Shown piece by piece: positions 39,624-49,778 of a DNA stretch of 64,000 nucleotides (position 1 is the first letter of the stretch; each line of letters opens with the position of its first letter). The translations under genes were made by a program, and so were the position numbers. Location of the stretch: positions 128,001 through 192,000 of the forward strand of contig JANVYQ010000001.1 in the NCBI GenBank assembly GCA_030059675.1, written 5' to 3'. Under the pieces are notes generated by a model. It worked only from the letters and a program-made list of their open reading frames with translations, was not told where the DNA came from and ran no database searches. This stretch comes from Candidatus Pelearchaeum maunauluense. GTDB lineage: Archaea > Thermoproteota > Nitrososphaeria_A > Caldarchaeales > Caldarchaeaceae.

Positions 39624-41033
39624 ATGAGCTACGTTGGTCTTGTTGGTTTGGGTGTTATGGGCGAGAACCTTGCTCTTAACATAGCTTCGCGTGGCTTTCA
39701 GGTTTCTGTTTATAATAGGACGCGGGAGAAGACTGAGCGTTTTGCCCAGCGTTTGCAGCGTAGTTCTGCTATTGTTCCGACCTACTCTCTTGAGGAGTTT
39801 GTCTCTTCTCTTGAGAGGCCGCGTAGGGTTATCTTGATGGTTAAGGCTGGCAGGCCTGTTGATGATATTCTTGAAGGGCTTGCTCCCCTGCTTGGTGAGT
39901 GTGATGTTGTCTTTGACTGTGGTAATTCTTTCTTTAGGGATACTGAGCGCCGCCAGGAGTGGCTGGCGCGGCGCGGCATAACGTTCATGGGTGTTGGTGT
40001 GAGCGGTGGTGAGGAGGGGGCGCTTAAGGGTCCTTCGGTCATGGTTGGCGGCGCTCCCTCTGGGTTTGAGGAGTCGCGCGCTATGTGGGAGGCGATAGCT
40101 GCGCGTGTTGATAACGAGCCATGCGCTGGCTATATGGGGCTACGTGGTGCTGGCCATTTTGTCAAGATGACGCACAACGGGATAGAGTATGCCCTTCTAC
40201 AGCTCATAGCGGAGAGCTACGACATCATGACGCGCGGCTTGGGTATGAGTGTTGAAGACGCTATGCAGGTCTTCCGCGAGTGGTGTGATAGCGAGCTGGG
40301 CTCATACCTGCTGGAGATTACCGTAGATGCTCTCTCTGTCGTTGATGGGGAGACTGGTAAGCCTCTTGTGGAGCTTGTGATGGATAGGGCGGAGCAGAAG
40401 GGGACTGGTAAATGGACTTCCCAGACAGCTATGGATGTCGGTGTGCCTGTTCCGAATATTGATGCTGCTGTATCTGCTCGGATAATCTCATCGCTGAAGG
40501 AGCAGCGTGTTAATGCAGCGCGGCTCTATGGTGGTGTGAAGACCAGGATAGAAGGGGGAAGGGAGGAGGTGTTGGAGCTTCTCCGCCCAGCTTATAGCCT
40601 AGCCGTCATAACATCATACGCCCAGGGCTTGGCGCTCATATCAGAGGCCTCGCGCGAATACGGCTATGGAACCAATATGCTGGATGTGGCCAAGGTTTGG
40701 CGCGGGGGCTGCATAATAAGGGCTAGGCTGCTCTACACGATAATCGCAGCTTATGAGCGCACGCCTGGGCTGGTGAATATATTGTTTGATGATGAGATTG
40801 CGAGCTTGGCGCGGGAGTTTGAGCCTAGCCTACGCGAGTTGTTGCGTAGGGTTAAGACAGCTCATATACCGACGCCAGTGATGGATGCTGCGTTGAACTA
40901 TATCACCTCACTACGCCGCGAGAGGCTTCCAGCGTATATAATCCAGGCGCTCCGCGACAGGTTTGGAGCACACGAGTATGAGAGGATAGATAAGCCTGGG
41001 AGATTCCACTCTAGCTGGAGGCCAGGAAGCTAG
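39624..41033 (+). CDS. gnd: NADP-dependent 6-phosphogluconate dehydrogenase (long form)
   Basis: GLGVMG, YNRT, GVSGGEEGA, GHFVKMTHNGIEY, QKGTGKW, WRGGCIIR, RD.FGAH.YER. Confidence 0.96.
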   Translation: MSYVGLVGLGVMGENLALNIASRGFQVSVYNRTREKTERFAQRLQRSSAIVPTYSLEEFVSSLERPRRVILMVKAGRPVDDILEGLAPLLGECDVVFDCGNSFFRDTERRQEWLARRGITFMGVGVSGGEEGALKGPSVMVGGAPSGFEESRAMWEAIAARVDNEPCAGYMGLRGAGHFVKMTHNGIEYALLQLIAESYDIMTRGLGMSVEDAMQVFREWCDSELGSYLLEITVDALSVVDGETGKPLVELVMDRAEQKGTGKWTSQTAMDVGVPVPNIDAAVSARIISSLKEQRVNAARLYGGVKTRIEGGREEVLELLRPAYSLAVITSYAQGLALISEASREYGYGTNMLDVAKVWRGGCIIRARLLYTIIAAYERTPGLVNILFDDEIASLAREFEPSLRELLRRVKTAHIPTPVMDAALNYITSLRRERLPAYIIQALRDRFGAHEYERIDKPGRFHSSWRPGS

Positions 41034-41036
41034 GCT

Positions 41037-41360
41037 TTATGCTGGCCTGGATTCGGGTGCCATAACCTCGCACACAGCTTCCAAGAGGCTGTCATAATCG
41101 GCGGATACTCCCATGCGCGCGTTCATCTCCCTTATAATCGCCTTCTCAATATACTTCGCCCCAGTGCCGAACATGCTGTAGAGAGCGTTGACGAAATCCT
41201 TTAGGCGCTTGGGTATTTCTTCGCGCTTAATCCCCCAGCGCCTCTCCAAGTGCCAGAAGATTACCCGCTTGGTCTGCTGCCCCAGCGAGTCCAGCCCCCT
41301 GTCAACGCATTCAAGGAGCCGCGCCTCAACCTCATTATTATTTGGCATCCTAGCATTCAC
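41037..41360 (-). CDS. Small helical protein (DUF3227/NitrOD5-like) associated with KaiC/RAD55-type ATPases
   Basis: VDRGLDSLG...IFWHL...IP.....F..AL..MFG.GA..IE..I. Confidence 0.7.
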   Translation of the reverse strand: MNARMPNNNEVEARLLECVDRGLDSLGQQTKRVIFWHLERRWGIKREEIPKRLKDFVNALYSMFGTGAKYIEKAIIREMNARMGVSADYDSLLEAVCEVMAPESRPA

Positions 41361-41363
41361 CGC

Positions 41364-42719
41364 CTAGACTATGGGTGTGAGGAAGACACGTGGATAGCCT
41401 TGGCTGAAGTCGTATTCAACGTGGTGTATCAGTGAGGGCGGCTTTACGGAGTAGAGAATGAGAGAGCCGTCCAGCTCGTTCATCTTGATATGCGCCGTAG
41501 CCATATCTGATACGGCGTCCTTGCTCTGGGTTGAGTGCTTCACCGCAAGCATAAGAATATCGCCATAATATCTTACGCGCTGGATGGATGTTATTATGTT
41601 TCTTATGAGCCACTGCTGGCCGTGTATAGCCTCCATAACATCTATCCCGAGGAATATGAAGCACGGCTGGTTGCTCCTTTTCTTGAGACTCTGAGCCTCT
41701 CTCCAGAGCCTCTCAAAGGTCCTCGTTATGGAGTGGCTGTCAAGTCTGAGGAATGTGGGGTCGCGGTGATACTGCTCGTAGTGCGCTACCCTGAGATGGC
41801 TCTTCAGCGTCTCTTTTGGTATGTGTAGTCCTATTGACTCCCTGACCATCGTGGGAGTTATTCCCCCAGCGGGTAGGATTAGCGCGCACCCGCGATTGAG
41901 GATGAAGTTGCACGCCATCATGGACAGGAGGGGCAAGTGCCAGTCAGGGCCCACGTTTCCACCCATCTCAAGTAATATGACGGAGCCGCGCCGCATGCCG
42001 CTTCCGAGGAACATGTCAAGGTCTGCGCTTGATGTGGAGAATAGCTCGCCATGCTCCACATGCTTGAAGGGCTGAGGCTCCATCTCACTCGGCAGCTGTG
42101 TAACCACGCGGCCTAGTAGTGTGAAGCGGCCTCCGTAGAGTGTGAATATGCTTGTGCGCTGGGTTATGGCCGAGCCGCGTAGCTTCTTCCACTCAATCCG
42201 CCTTATTCGCCTTCCCTCCATGACCTCGTCATGCAGCACGACTACAGCATCAACCAGATAGTCAGTCGTTGTTAGATGCGGCTCCTCGCTGACAAACACC
42301 ACCCTCGCGCCGCTGGTCTCTACAGTAGTAGCTAGAGCCTTCTCCATCTTAAGACGCTCCACCACATCCAGCTCCTTCGCAAAAGCATCCCAAGAGTCTA
42401 GAACAATCAACGGCTCCTTAATCCTCTCCGTAACAGCTAGGATGAACTACACTATGTCGGTTGATGTCCCCATCCTCACATCTTCAAACCTTATTCCAGC
42501 GGCGTCCGACCTTGCTTCTAGAACCTTGCCGCTCTCTATGAGCTGCGCCATCCCAGGATCATGCTCCAACAGCTTCTCGGCTGATACGCGTGTTGAGACG
42601 TAAACGCCCCTGCCGTGAAGCTTTAGAAGCTCTAGGGCGAGCATCGTCTTGCCGACGCCTGGCTCGCCCTTGATGAGAATAGACTTTACAGCTGGGCTTA
42701 GTAGAGAGTCCAGCCTCAT
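41364..42719 (-). pseudogene. GvpD/KaiC-like two-domain P-loop ATPase with in-frame TAG at 42447-42449
   Basis: Walker A GEPGVGKT; TDIV*FILAVTERIKEPLIVLDSW (Walker B); DYLVD, KKLRG; degenerate second RecA-fold domain. Start placed at ATG 42719. Confidence 0.8.
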
Positions 42720-42871
42720 CAGGTAGCCACCTCGCCTCGCGGTGGTCTGGCGCTCCCCTACGGCTGGCTCTCCAGAAAGTAGAGAATGCTGAGGTTCCAC
42801 ACTAATTTAACCAGGCTAGAGTATATTATATAGTTAGTCCCAGCGAGTATTACTTCGTTTTAACATGAGTA

Positions 42872-44128
42872 TTACTCGCGTCGGAGCGCCTCTATAGGCT
42901 CCAGCTTAGCGGCGCGGTATGCTGGGATTATTCCAGCCAAGGCACCTACGATGACCGCCATCAATATCCCCGCGAGTATCAGCTCAGGCGTTATGTTGGG
43001 CGTGAATACCAGCGCTTCTGGCCTGGTTCCAGGTGCTTGGAACGCTCCTGGCCTGCTCCGCGACTGCGGCGGGCTTCCAAAGAAATCCACAAGAACGAAA
43101 GAGCCAGCAGCGCCTAGGGCAACGCCTATCACGCCACCGATAAGACCGATTAGGATAGCCTCCATCAGGAAGCTGAGCAGAACATCACGCGTCTTGAAGC
43201 CAAGCGCCTTAACAAGACCAATCTCCCTAACACGCTCAGTAACCGAGGTGAACATCGTCGTCATAATTCCCAGAAACGCTACGACTATGCTCATAGCTCC
43301 TACAGCGCTTAGGAATATAGTAAGGCTTCCCAAGATTTGCTGGACTGTCTGCTGTATTGCGCTGAGGGAGAAGACGCGGACGTCGGCGCCGTACATGGCT
43401 AGGAGCCTCTCTACAACCTGGTCGCTGTAGCTAGCGTCAACCAGCTTGATGAACGCTCCGCTGTAGCTCCTACCCCCCATGAGCTCGCGGCCATCACGTA
43501 GATTGATGAACATGATGATGTCTGGGTTTAGGAAGAATGTCTGGCCATACTTGGCGAACTTACCAGCGACTTGGAACGACCTGGAGATGGCTCCACCTCC
43601 AGGCTGTTGCCTGATAACAGTTACTAGGCTGCCCACGTCTATCTCAGGCATGTCTGGGTCTGTCGGGTTCCATACGCGGTAGCCCACATACGCCTTGCCC
43701 CGCCCACCAGCAACAAAATCACCACCAGCAAGCTCTATGTCTGGGAATATCTTATCCATCTTACGCAGGTCAAAAGCGAGTATGAGATACGACTCAAAGG
43801 GGTTGAGCTCAACGGTCTTCCCAGCAATCTTCAGCCTGCCAGTAGCTATCTGGTAGAATGGTATGATGTCCGTTACACCGTCTATCCTTGATATGCGCTG
43901 AACCTCCTTATCGTTGAAGTCAAAGTCCCCAACAGCTATCATGTATATCGTGTTGGTGCCTATCGTCTGTAGGCTGTCGGTTATCGCGTAGGTTAGGCCG
44001 CTGGTTGTCGCGTTGAGCGCCACGATTACTGCTGGGCCTATTACTATACCCAGTATGGTGAGGGCTGACCTGACCTTCCTATCCTTTAGCGCGCTCCATG
44101 CTAGTAGCGCTATGTCGGCGAGCTTCAC
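42872..44128 (-). CDS. ABC transporter permease, MacB/FtsX family
   Basis: RSALTILGIVIG, SVTERVREIGLVKALG, PAYRAAKLEPIEALR. Confidence 0.93.
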   Translation of the reverse strand: MKLADIALLAWSALKDRKVRSALTILGIVIGPAVIVALNATTSGLTYAITDSLQTIGTNTIYMIAVGDFDFNDKEVQRISRIDGVTDIIPFYQIATGRLKIAGKTVELNPFESYLILAFDLRKMDKIFPDIELAGGDFVAGGRGKAYVGYRVWNPTDPDMPEIDVGSLVTVIRQQPGGGAISRSFQVAGKFAKYGQTFFLNPDIIMFINLRDGRELMGGRSYSGAFIKLVDASYSDQVVERLLAMYGADVRVFSLSAIQQTVQQILGSLTIFLSAVGAMSIVVAFLGIMTTMFTSVTERVREIGLVKALGFKTRDVLLSFLMEAILIGLIGGVIGVALGAAGSFVLVDFFGSPPQSRSRPGAFQAPGTRPEALVFTPNITPELILAGILMAVIVGALAGIIPAYRAAKLEPIEALRRE

Positions 44129-46116
44129 CCGCGCCTACGCCTCCTCACAACGACTATAGCGGCTATTATCGCCAGCGCCGCTATAACCGCAAGGAGCGTC
44201 TGTTGCATACTCGCTGGGAACCCTCTGCCTCCTTCCTCCTCCACCGTGAATATGCTTGCTGGTGCTGTCTTCTCGCCAACCACGTACTCAAGCGTCTTCT
44301 CCAGCTTAAACTCTCTGCCAAAGCCGTCGCGGTACTTGGCGATTATCGTGGCGCTATAGACTCCTGGCTTGGCGTCATCGCTCACGCGGAACGAGAGGGT
44401 GAATGCCGAGACCTGGGAGGGGTTTATCGTCCCTATGAACGACGTGGAGTCGGGTATCGCCACCAGCGGCGCGTCGCCTATTATCTCTGTCATCACCGCC
44501 CGCGCCGTTGATGCGCCCATGTTAATCAGGTCTCCAGCCACATCAACTATACCACCTGGCTCTGCCTCCTTCGGGGAGAACTCAACACCCCTAAACACCA
44601 GCCTAATGTCCCCAACAACAACCAGCGGTATTGAGAGCGTCTCAACCCTCTCCTCACCCCCAGCGGTCTTATACCTAACCGTAGCCACAGCCTCGTAGAC
44701 GCCATCACCCGCGGCAGGCGATACGGCCAGAGAATACACCGCCGTATACGCCTCGCCAGGGGCTAGAGCCTTAACGTAATGGACGAGCTCTCCACCTATC
44801 GCGCTTATCGGCAGGCCGCGGAGGGAGAGGCTTATAGTAATGTCGCGCACCTCTTCTGGGTTTATGTTCCTGTAGGTTATCTTGATTTTGGGGAAGCCAG
44901 CCGCCTTGACTGGGTTCCCCTCAACCTCCGCTGAGAGGCCAGGCGCGGCTGGGCGTAGCACATCAACAACGGCCTGGAAGTCCTCAACCTTCATGTTTCC
45001 AAGAACATCGCGATACTCCACAGTTATCTTGACTGGATAGACACCCTCCAACGCTGTTGACGATGCCTGTATGCCTATCCTCAAGCTGGCAGTCTTGCCT
45101 GGAGATAGCGAGCCTATCTCGATACGCTCATCTATCACGGTCAACGCCGCTGGAGAGCCTGACGCAGCCCTCACGGTTGCCTTGTAGATTGGCGCCGTAC
45201 CCACGTTGGAGAGCTTCAAATTAAGAGCCGATTCATCGCCAGCGCGTAGCTTAAGCCCCTCATAACCAAGCCTAAGCTCTTCTCTACCATTCACACTAGC
45301 CGAGAAGACCAGCTCAACAGACTTCTTACTCATCCATTGGTTTGTGTAGGTGAGCTGGAGACGCATCTTATACGTGCCCAGCCTAACGTTATCCGAGAGC
45401 TTTATCGGGAAGGTCAGGGTGAATGCCTCGCCGCTTCTCATGCTCTTGAGCAGGCTTGTCTCAACCACGTATCCACCCGTTGTATTGGTGAGCGGGGGCT
45501 CTAGGAAGAGCCGCGCAACAACGTTAGCCATGCTCACGCGGCGCGGCGCCTCAAGCTCCACCCGCAGCATAGCAACACCCATACCAGGCCCGACAGAAAC
45601 CTCCCTACCATCCAGCTCCCACACCGAGCGCAGGAAAACAGGAGCAGGAGCCTCGGAGACCCTAATCACTATTGGGATGGTCAAAGTGGTTATCGGGAAG
45701 TCGGGGTCGGTGCAGTCGCGGTATTCTATTCTCAGGTCAGCGGGATAATCGCCTGGCAACGCGTCCTCGTCTATCGTTATCTTGAATTGAAGACTCCCTA
45801 TCCCCTGCGCCGCTATTGCTCTTTCCAGGTAGCTCCTTATGCTACTAGCCCCCTCGCGGTCTTTGAATGGGAAAGGAAAGCCCAGCGACTTGCCTATGGT
45901 GGCGACTATACCACATATCGTTACATCCTCACGGTTCATGAAAACCACGGTCAGAGTAGCATCCCTATCTCCTGGGCTGGCGATACTAGGAGACTCTGGA
46001 GAGCCCCAGACAACATCCAGCACATCAATCGCCGCAGCATTACCAGCGGGTAGCGTGGTAATCAAGGTGGATATGAGTAAAACTAAAATCGCCAGCGGCT
46101 TGATGCGGGCTTTCAT
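44125..46116 (-). CDS. COG1361 S-layer-type protein with CARDB/Ig-like repeats
   Basis: Signal peptide, repeated N.G...A..V / G.Y...i.Y.D modules, C-terminal TM + RRRRG. Confidence 0.85.
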   Translation of the reverse strand: MKARIKPLAILVLLISTLITTLPAGNAAAIDVLDVVWGSPESPSIASPGDRDATLTVVFMNREDVTICGIVATIGKSLGFPFPFKDREGASSIRSYLERAIAAQGIGSLQFKITIDEDALPGDYPADLRIEYRDCTDPDFPITTLTIPIVIRVSEAPAPVFLRSVWELDGREVSVGPGMGVAMLRVELEAPRRVSMANVVARLFLEPPLTNTTGGYVVETSLLKSMRSGEAFTLTFPIKLSDNVRLGTYKMRLQLTYTNQWMSKKSVELVFSASVNGREELRLGYEGLKLRAGDESALNLKLSNVGTAPIYKATVRAASGSPAALTVIDERIEIGSLSPGKTASLRIGIQASSTALEGVYPVKITVEYRDVLGNMKVEDFQAVVDVLRPAAPGLSAEVEGNPVKAAGFPKIKITYRNINPEEVRDITISLSLRGLPISAIGGELVHYVKALAPGEAYTAVYSLAVSPAAGDGVYEAVATVRYKTAGGEERVETLSIPLVVVGDIRLVFRGVEFSPKEAEPGGIVDVAGDLINMGASTARAVMTEIIGDAPLVAIPDSTSFIGTINPSQVSAFTLSFRVSDDAKPGVYSATIIAKYRDGFGREFKLEKTLEYVVGEKTAPASIFTVEEEGGRGFPASMQQTLLAVIAALAIIAAIVVVRRRRRG

Positions 46117-46218
46117 AGATGTTCTACCACGCAGACAACCGTGTGCGGTATATAGACATATCCCAGAACGGAAAACACAACAAAAACTCAAGTTTAATAT
46201 GGATATAACAACATACCG

Positions 46219-46941
46219 CTACGGAATCTCCTCACGCTCAACCCTACCATCACGGAGATAGATAATCCTATTCGTCTCACGCGCAACCTCCATATTATGA
46301 GTAACCACTATTATAGTCCTTCCCTTCCTGTTGAGTGTTTTGAATAGCTCCACTATTGCCTTGCCTGATTTGGAGTCTAGGTTCCCCGTGGGCTCGTCTG
46401 CCAGGATTATGCTGGGGTCTGTTACTAGTGCGCGCGCTATTGCTACGCGCTGCTGCTGGCCTCCGCTGAGTTGATTTGGCTTGCTCCTAGCCTTATCAGC
46501 GAGGCCGACTTCCTCAAGCATCGCCAGAGCCTTACGCCGCCTCTCCGCTGGGCTTATCCCACGCAGCACCAAGGGAAGCCCCACATTACGCAGAACATCA
46601 ATACGCGGAATGAGATTATACGACTGGAAAACGAACCCTATCTTCTCATTACGCAGCTCGGCGCGCTTATTATCGCTCAGCGTAGTTATATCCACATCAT
46701 CTATGATTACCTTCCCCTCAGTTGGCTTATCAAGAGCCCCAAGCATGTTGAGAAGCGTGGATTTACCACTCCCACTAGGGCCAACAATCGCTATAAACTC
46801 ACCACGCCTAACCTTGAGGTCAACACCATTAAGCGCGTAGGTATCTATCCCATTAGAGCGGTAAACCTTCTTCAGACCTATAACCTCAACTACATAATCC
46901 CCAGCCTGCCGCTCACTGCTCTCCAACACAACACCAGCCAT
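46219..46941 (-). CDS. ABC transporter ATP-binding protein (LolD/MacB type)
   Basis: [37 protein letters not shown]. Confidence 0.96.
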   Translation of the reverse strand: MAGVVLESSERQAGDYVVEVIGLKKVYRSNGIDTYALNGVDLKVRRGEFIAIVGPSGSGKSTLLNMLGALDKPTEGKVIIDDVDITTLSDNKRAELRNEKIGFVFQSYNLIPRIDVLRNVGLPLVLRGISPAERRRKALAMLEEVGLADKARSKPNQLSGGQQQRVAIARALVTDPSIILADEPTGNLDSKSGKAIVELFKTLNRKGRTIIVVTHNMEVARETNRIIYLRDGRVEREEIP

Positions 46942-46996
46942 AATCGTCAGAATAGGAATATAAACAGGATCAATATTAAGCTCAACCAAGCAACAT

Positions 46997-47022
46997 ATTT
47001 AATGTATTACATTACGTAACAT
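46997..47022 (+). promoter_or_regulatory. TATA box plus probable autoregulatory operator of the TA pair
   Basis: ATTTAAT followed by TATTAC-ATTAC-GTAAC repeats/inverted repeat just upstream of the RHH antitoxin. Confidence 0.35.
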
Positions 47023-47032
47023 CTTTTGGAAA

Positions 47033-47239
47033 ATGACCAACTATGCAACCGTGTCCGCGCGAATTCCTAAAGACCTAAAGAAGAAAGCCGACAACCTTAA
47101 GTTAAACATAAACGAGCTGATTAGACGGGCTTTGGAGCAAGAACTTAAGAAGAAAGCAGCAGAAGTAGCAACTATATTAAGAAAGATACCCGAAGAAGAA
47201 AATGTTAAAACAATTAGAGAAGCACGCGACGTTGGATGA
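47033..47239 (+). CDS. RHH/CcdA-type antitoxin (VapB)
   Basis: ATVSARIPKDLKKKA...INELIRRALE; ATGA overlap with the PIN gene. Confidence 0.85.
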   Translation: MTNYATVSARIPKDLKKKADNLKLNINELIRRALEQELKKKAAEVATILRKIPEEENVKTIREARDVG

Positions 47240-47647
47240 GTTATTTACTAGATGCAAGCGGACTACTAAATCTTCTTAGAAGACTAGGTGAAGATATTAT
47301 AGACGCGGTGAAGAATCAAAATACAACAGATATAATATTGCATGAAGCAGGAAACGCGTTTTGGAAAGAATATAGTCATGGAAGGATGGAGTTAAATGAA
47401 GCCTTGAGGTCTCTGGAGTTTATCAATTTGCTTTTACGCCAGATGCATGTTATTAAGATTGAAGGCGAATGGCCGTTGTATGTGCTTGAAAATGCAGTTA
47501 AACTGCGAATAACTTTTTACGACTCAGCTTATCTTACCCAGCTCAGAAACTTGGATTTTTACGCTGGTGACGGATGATATGAAGTTGCTTAAGAAGACGC
47601 GCGGGATAGGCCTAAAAGCAACAACCAGCAAGGAATACCACTACTAA
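47236..47647 (+). pseudogene. VapC/PIN toxin, frameshifted near the C-terminus
   Basis: YLLDAS, EAGNA, TFYDSAY. Removing one T in the run at 47556-47560 restores FTLVTDD to TAA at 47647. Confidence 0.75.
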
Positions 47648-47744
47648 TTCCTTTTCCGCCCAGAATGGTGGTTTCCACATATCTCACGACTAAATGGGGA
47701 CTTATATAGCAGAGGATAGCCATAGATTGCTGGGTGAAGCTTAC

Positions 47745-48083
47745 ATGGGGAAGAGGAAAATCGTAACCGAGCCTGATGAGCTTGAGCAGCTTATGGAGCC
47801 TGGGCCAGGCGACGTCTATGGTGTCGTCTCTAAGATGTATGGTTATGACCGTGTTTTGGTTGATTGCTCTGATGGGAAGCAGAGGCTCTGTAGGATTAGG
47901 GGGCAACTGAAGAGGAGGATATGGATTAAGGAGGGGGACCTTGTTCTCGTCTCTCCCTGGGACTTTCAGCGCGACCAGCGCGGCGATATATGGTGGCGCT
48001 TCACGCGCAACCAGGCTCTTGAGCTGGCCAAGAGGGGCACGCTCCCAGATTTTCTCAGGGCAAAGCTTGAGGCAACTGCCTAA
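47745..48083 (+). CDS. eif1a: Translation initiation factor aIF-1A
   Basis: CSDGKQRLCRIRG.LKRRIWIKEGDLVLVSPWDFQ. Confidence 0.95.
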   Translation: MGKRKIVTEPDELEQLMEPGPGDVYGVVSKMYGYDRVLVDCSDGKQRLCRIRGQLKRRIWIKEGDLVLVSPWDFQRDQRGDIWWRFTRNQALELAKRGTLPDFLRAKLEATA

Positions 48084-48122
48084 GTTTTATACAGGCTTTA
48101 GCATCCATCTAGCTGGAATGGC

Positions 48123-48923
48123 TTGAGCTACGACGAGGAGATTGAAGAACGTCTAAGGAGGCGGGAGCTTAGAGCTGAGCGCGCACAGCGATACCTGCGG
48201 AAACGCTCAGAGCTTGACGAAGTGATGGAGGAAGTCTTTGACCGCGTAACCCTGATGACCATCTACGACCTGATGAACGACAGGCTCATAGAGGACTTTT
48301 ATGGCGTCATAAGCTCTGGGAAGGAGTCGCGGATATACTATGTGAGGGGGTGTGATGGTGTTGAGCTGGCTGTTAAGATATACCTCGTAACCAGCGCCGA
48401 GTTCAAGCATAACAGGATGGCTTATGTTGTTGACGACCCCAGGTTTAAGCGGGTGCCGACTGATTTCCGTAAGTTTATCAACCTATGGGCGCAGCGGGAG
48501 TTTAAGAATCTGGAGGAGGCTTACGAGGCTGGTGTAGCGGTTCCCAGGCCTAGGTTTGTGAGGAAGAATGTTCTGGGGATGGATTTTCTAGGCCGCGATG
48601 GCGCGAGGTATCCCCTGCTGAGCGAACTGGAGGCGGAGCAAGAAGAGTTCGCGGAGCTCTACGAGAAGACGCTCAACGTCGTTGCGGCTCTCTACCAGAA
48701 GGCTGGGCTCGTCCATGGAGACCTGAGCCAGTTCAACATCATAATTGGTGATGGCCTGGAGGTTTATCTGATAGACTTGGCGCAGGCTGTTAAGCGCGGC
48801 CACCCGATAGCGGAGCCATCCCTGATACACGGCCTGGAGACCCTAGCTAGGTTCTTCGCCAAGAAGGGCGTGGAGGTAGATGACCTAGACACCATGCTGG
48901 CGCGTGTGCGCGGCGGGGTATGA
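48123..48923 (+). CDS. rio1: RIO1 kinase
   Basis: ISSGKES, AVKIY, WAQREFKNL, LVHGDLSQFNI, IDLAQAV. Confidence 0.95.
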   Translation: MSYDEEIEERLRRRELRAERAQRYLRKRSELDEVMEEVFDRVTLMTIYDLMNDRLIEDFYGVISSGKESRIYYVRGCDGVELAVKIYLVTSAEFKHNRMAYVVDDPRFKRVPTDFRKFINLWAQREFKNLEEAYEAGVAVPRPRFVRKNVLGMDFLGRDGARYPLLSELEAEQEEFAELYEKTLNVVAALYQKAGLVHGDLSQFNIIIGDGLEVYLIDLAQAVKRGHPIAEPSLIHGLETLARFFAKKGVEVDDLDTMLARVRGGV

Positions 48924-49024
48924 TGCATAAATAGCCCCGATAGCTAGCTTATGACGGAGCTGGGAAATACTATAATCAACGCGTCGTAGTCCTTCTCCCT
49001 CAATATAGCGAGTGGGGATGCGGG

Positions 49025-49618
49025 TTGGGATACTTTGGTGGTGAAGGATTCACGGGCACGTCGTTCGTCGTCAATATTCCGCGCGAGCGTGTAGGCGTTT
49101 TGGTTGGGACTAATGGGAGCGTCAAGCGGGAGATTGAGCAGAGGCTTGGGGTTGTTCTCTCAATAGACAGCCAGACAGGGACGGTTGTGATAAACCTAGC
49201 CAAGCCCGTCCATGAGGGAGGCGACCCAGCGGCGCTCTTCAAGGCGCGCGACATAGTTACGGCGATTGGCAGGGGGTTCTCACCTGAGAGGGCCTTCAAG
49301 CTCTTTGAGGAAAACACGATGCTCAGCGTCGTGGATATAACCGACCACGTCGGCAGGAGCGCTAACAACCTAATCAGGGTACGCGCCCGCCTCATAGGAA
49401 CAGGCGGGAAGACGCGCAGGATAATTGAAGAGAACTGTCATGTTGAAATCTCAATCTACGGCGACACTGTTGCAATCATAGGAGACTACAACGATGTCAA
49501 GGCTGCCGAGGAGGCTGTGATAACCCTGATTAAGGGAGCGCCCCACGGAGCTGTGTATCGCATGGTTGACGAGTATGCGCGACGCCGCAAGACTGGGGGG
49601 CTGGTAAGACCGTTCTAA
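49025..49618 (+). CDS. KH-domain rRNA processing protein (Dim2/Pno1)
   Basis: IPRERVGVLVG..G, AIGRGFSPE, RLIGTGGKTR, GAPHGAVY. Confidence 0.93.
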   Translation: MGYFGGEGFTGTSFVVNIPRERVGVLVGTNGSVKREIEQRLGVVLSIDSQTGTVVINLAKPVHEGGDPAALFKARDIVTAIGRGFSPERAFKLFEENTMLSVVDITDHVGRSANNLIRVRARLIGTGGKTRRIIEENCHVEISIYGDTVAIIGDYNDVKAAEEAVITLIKGAPHGAVYRMVDEYARRRKTGGLVRPF

Positions 49619-49778
49619 CACCAGCAACAATACACGCAGTAGGCGCAGAGCTTTTGGCGAAAAAGTTCAGAGAACAAGTATTAGTAGATGAGATGTATAG
49701 CTATAAATTAGGGTCAAGAATCCTTGATGGCGCTGCGAAAAGAATGGCGATGAGCTGTCTGTGAGGGATAGGTTGGAT

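Noticed and set aside
49721-49768. Possible C/D-box sRNA upstream of top6B
   Set aside because: C and D boxes deviate from RUGAUGA/CUGA; the match is too weak.
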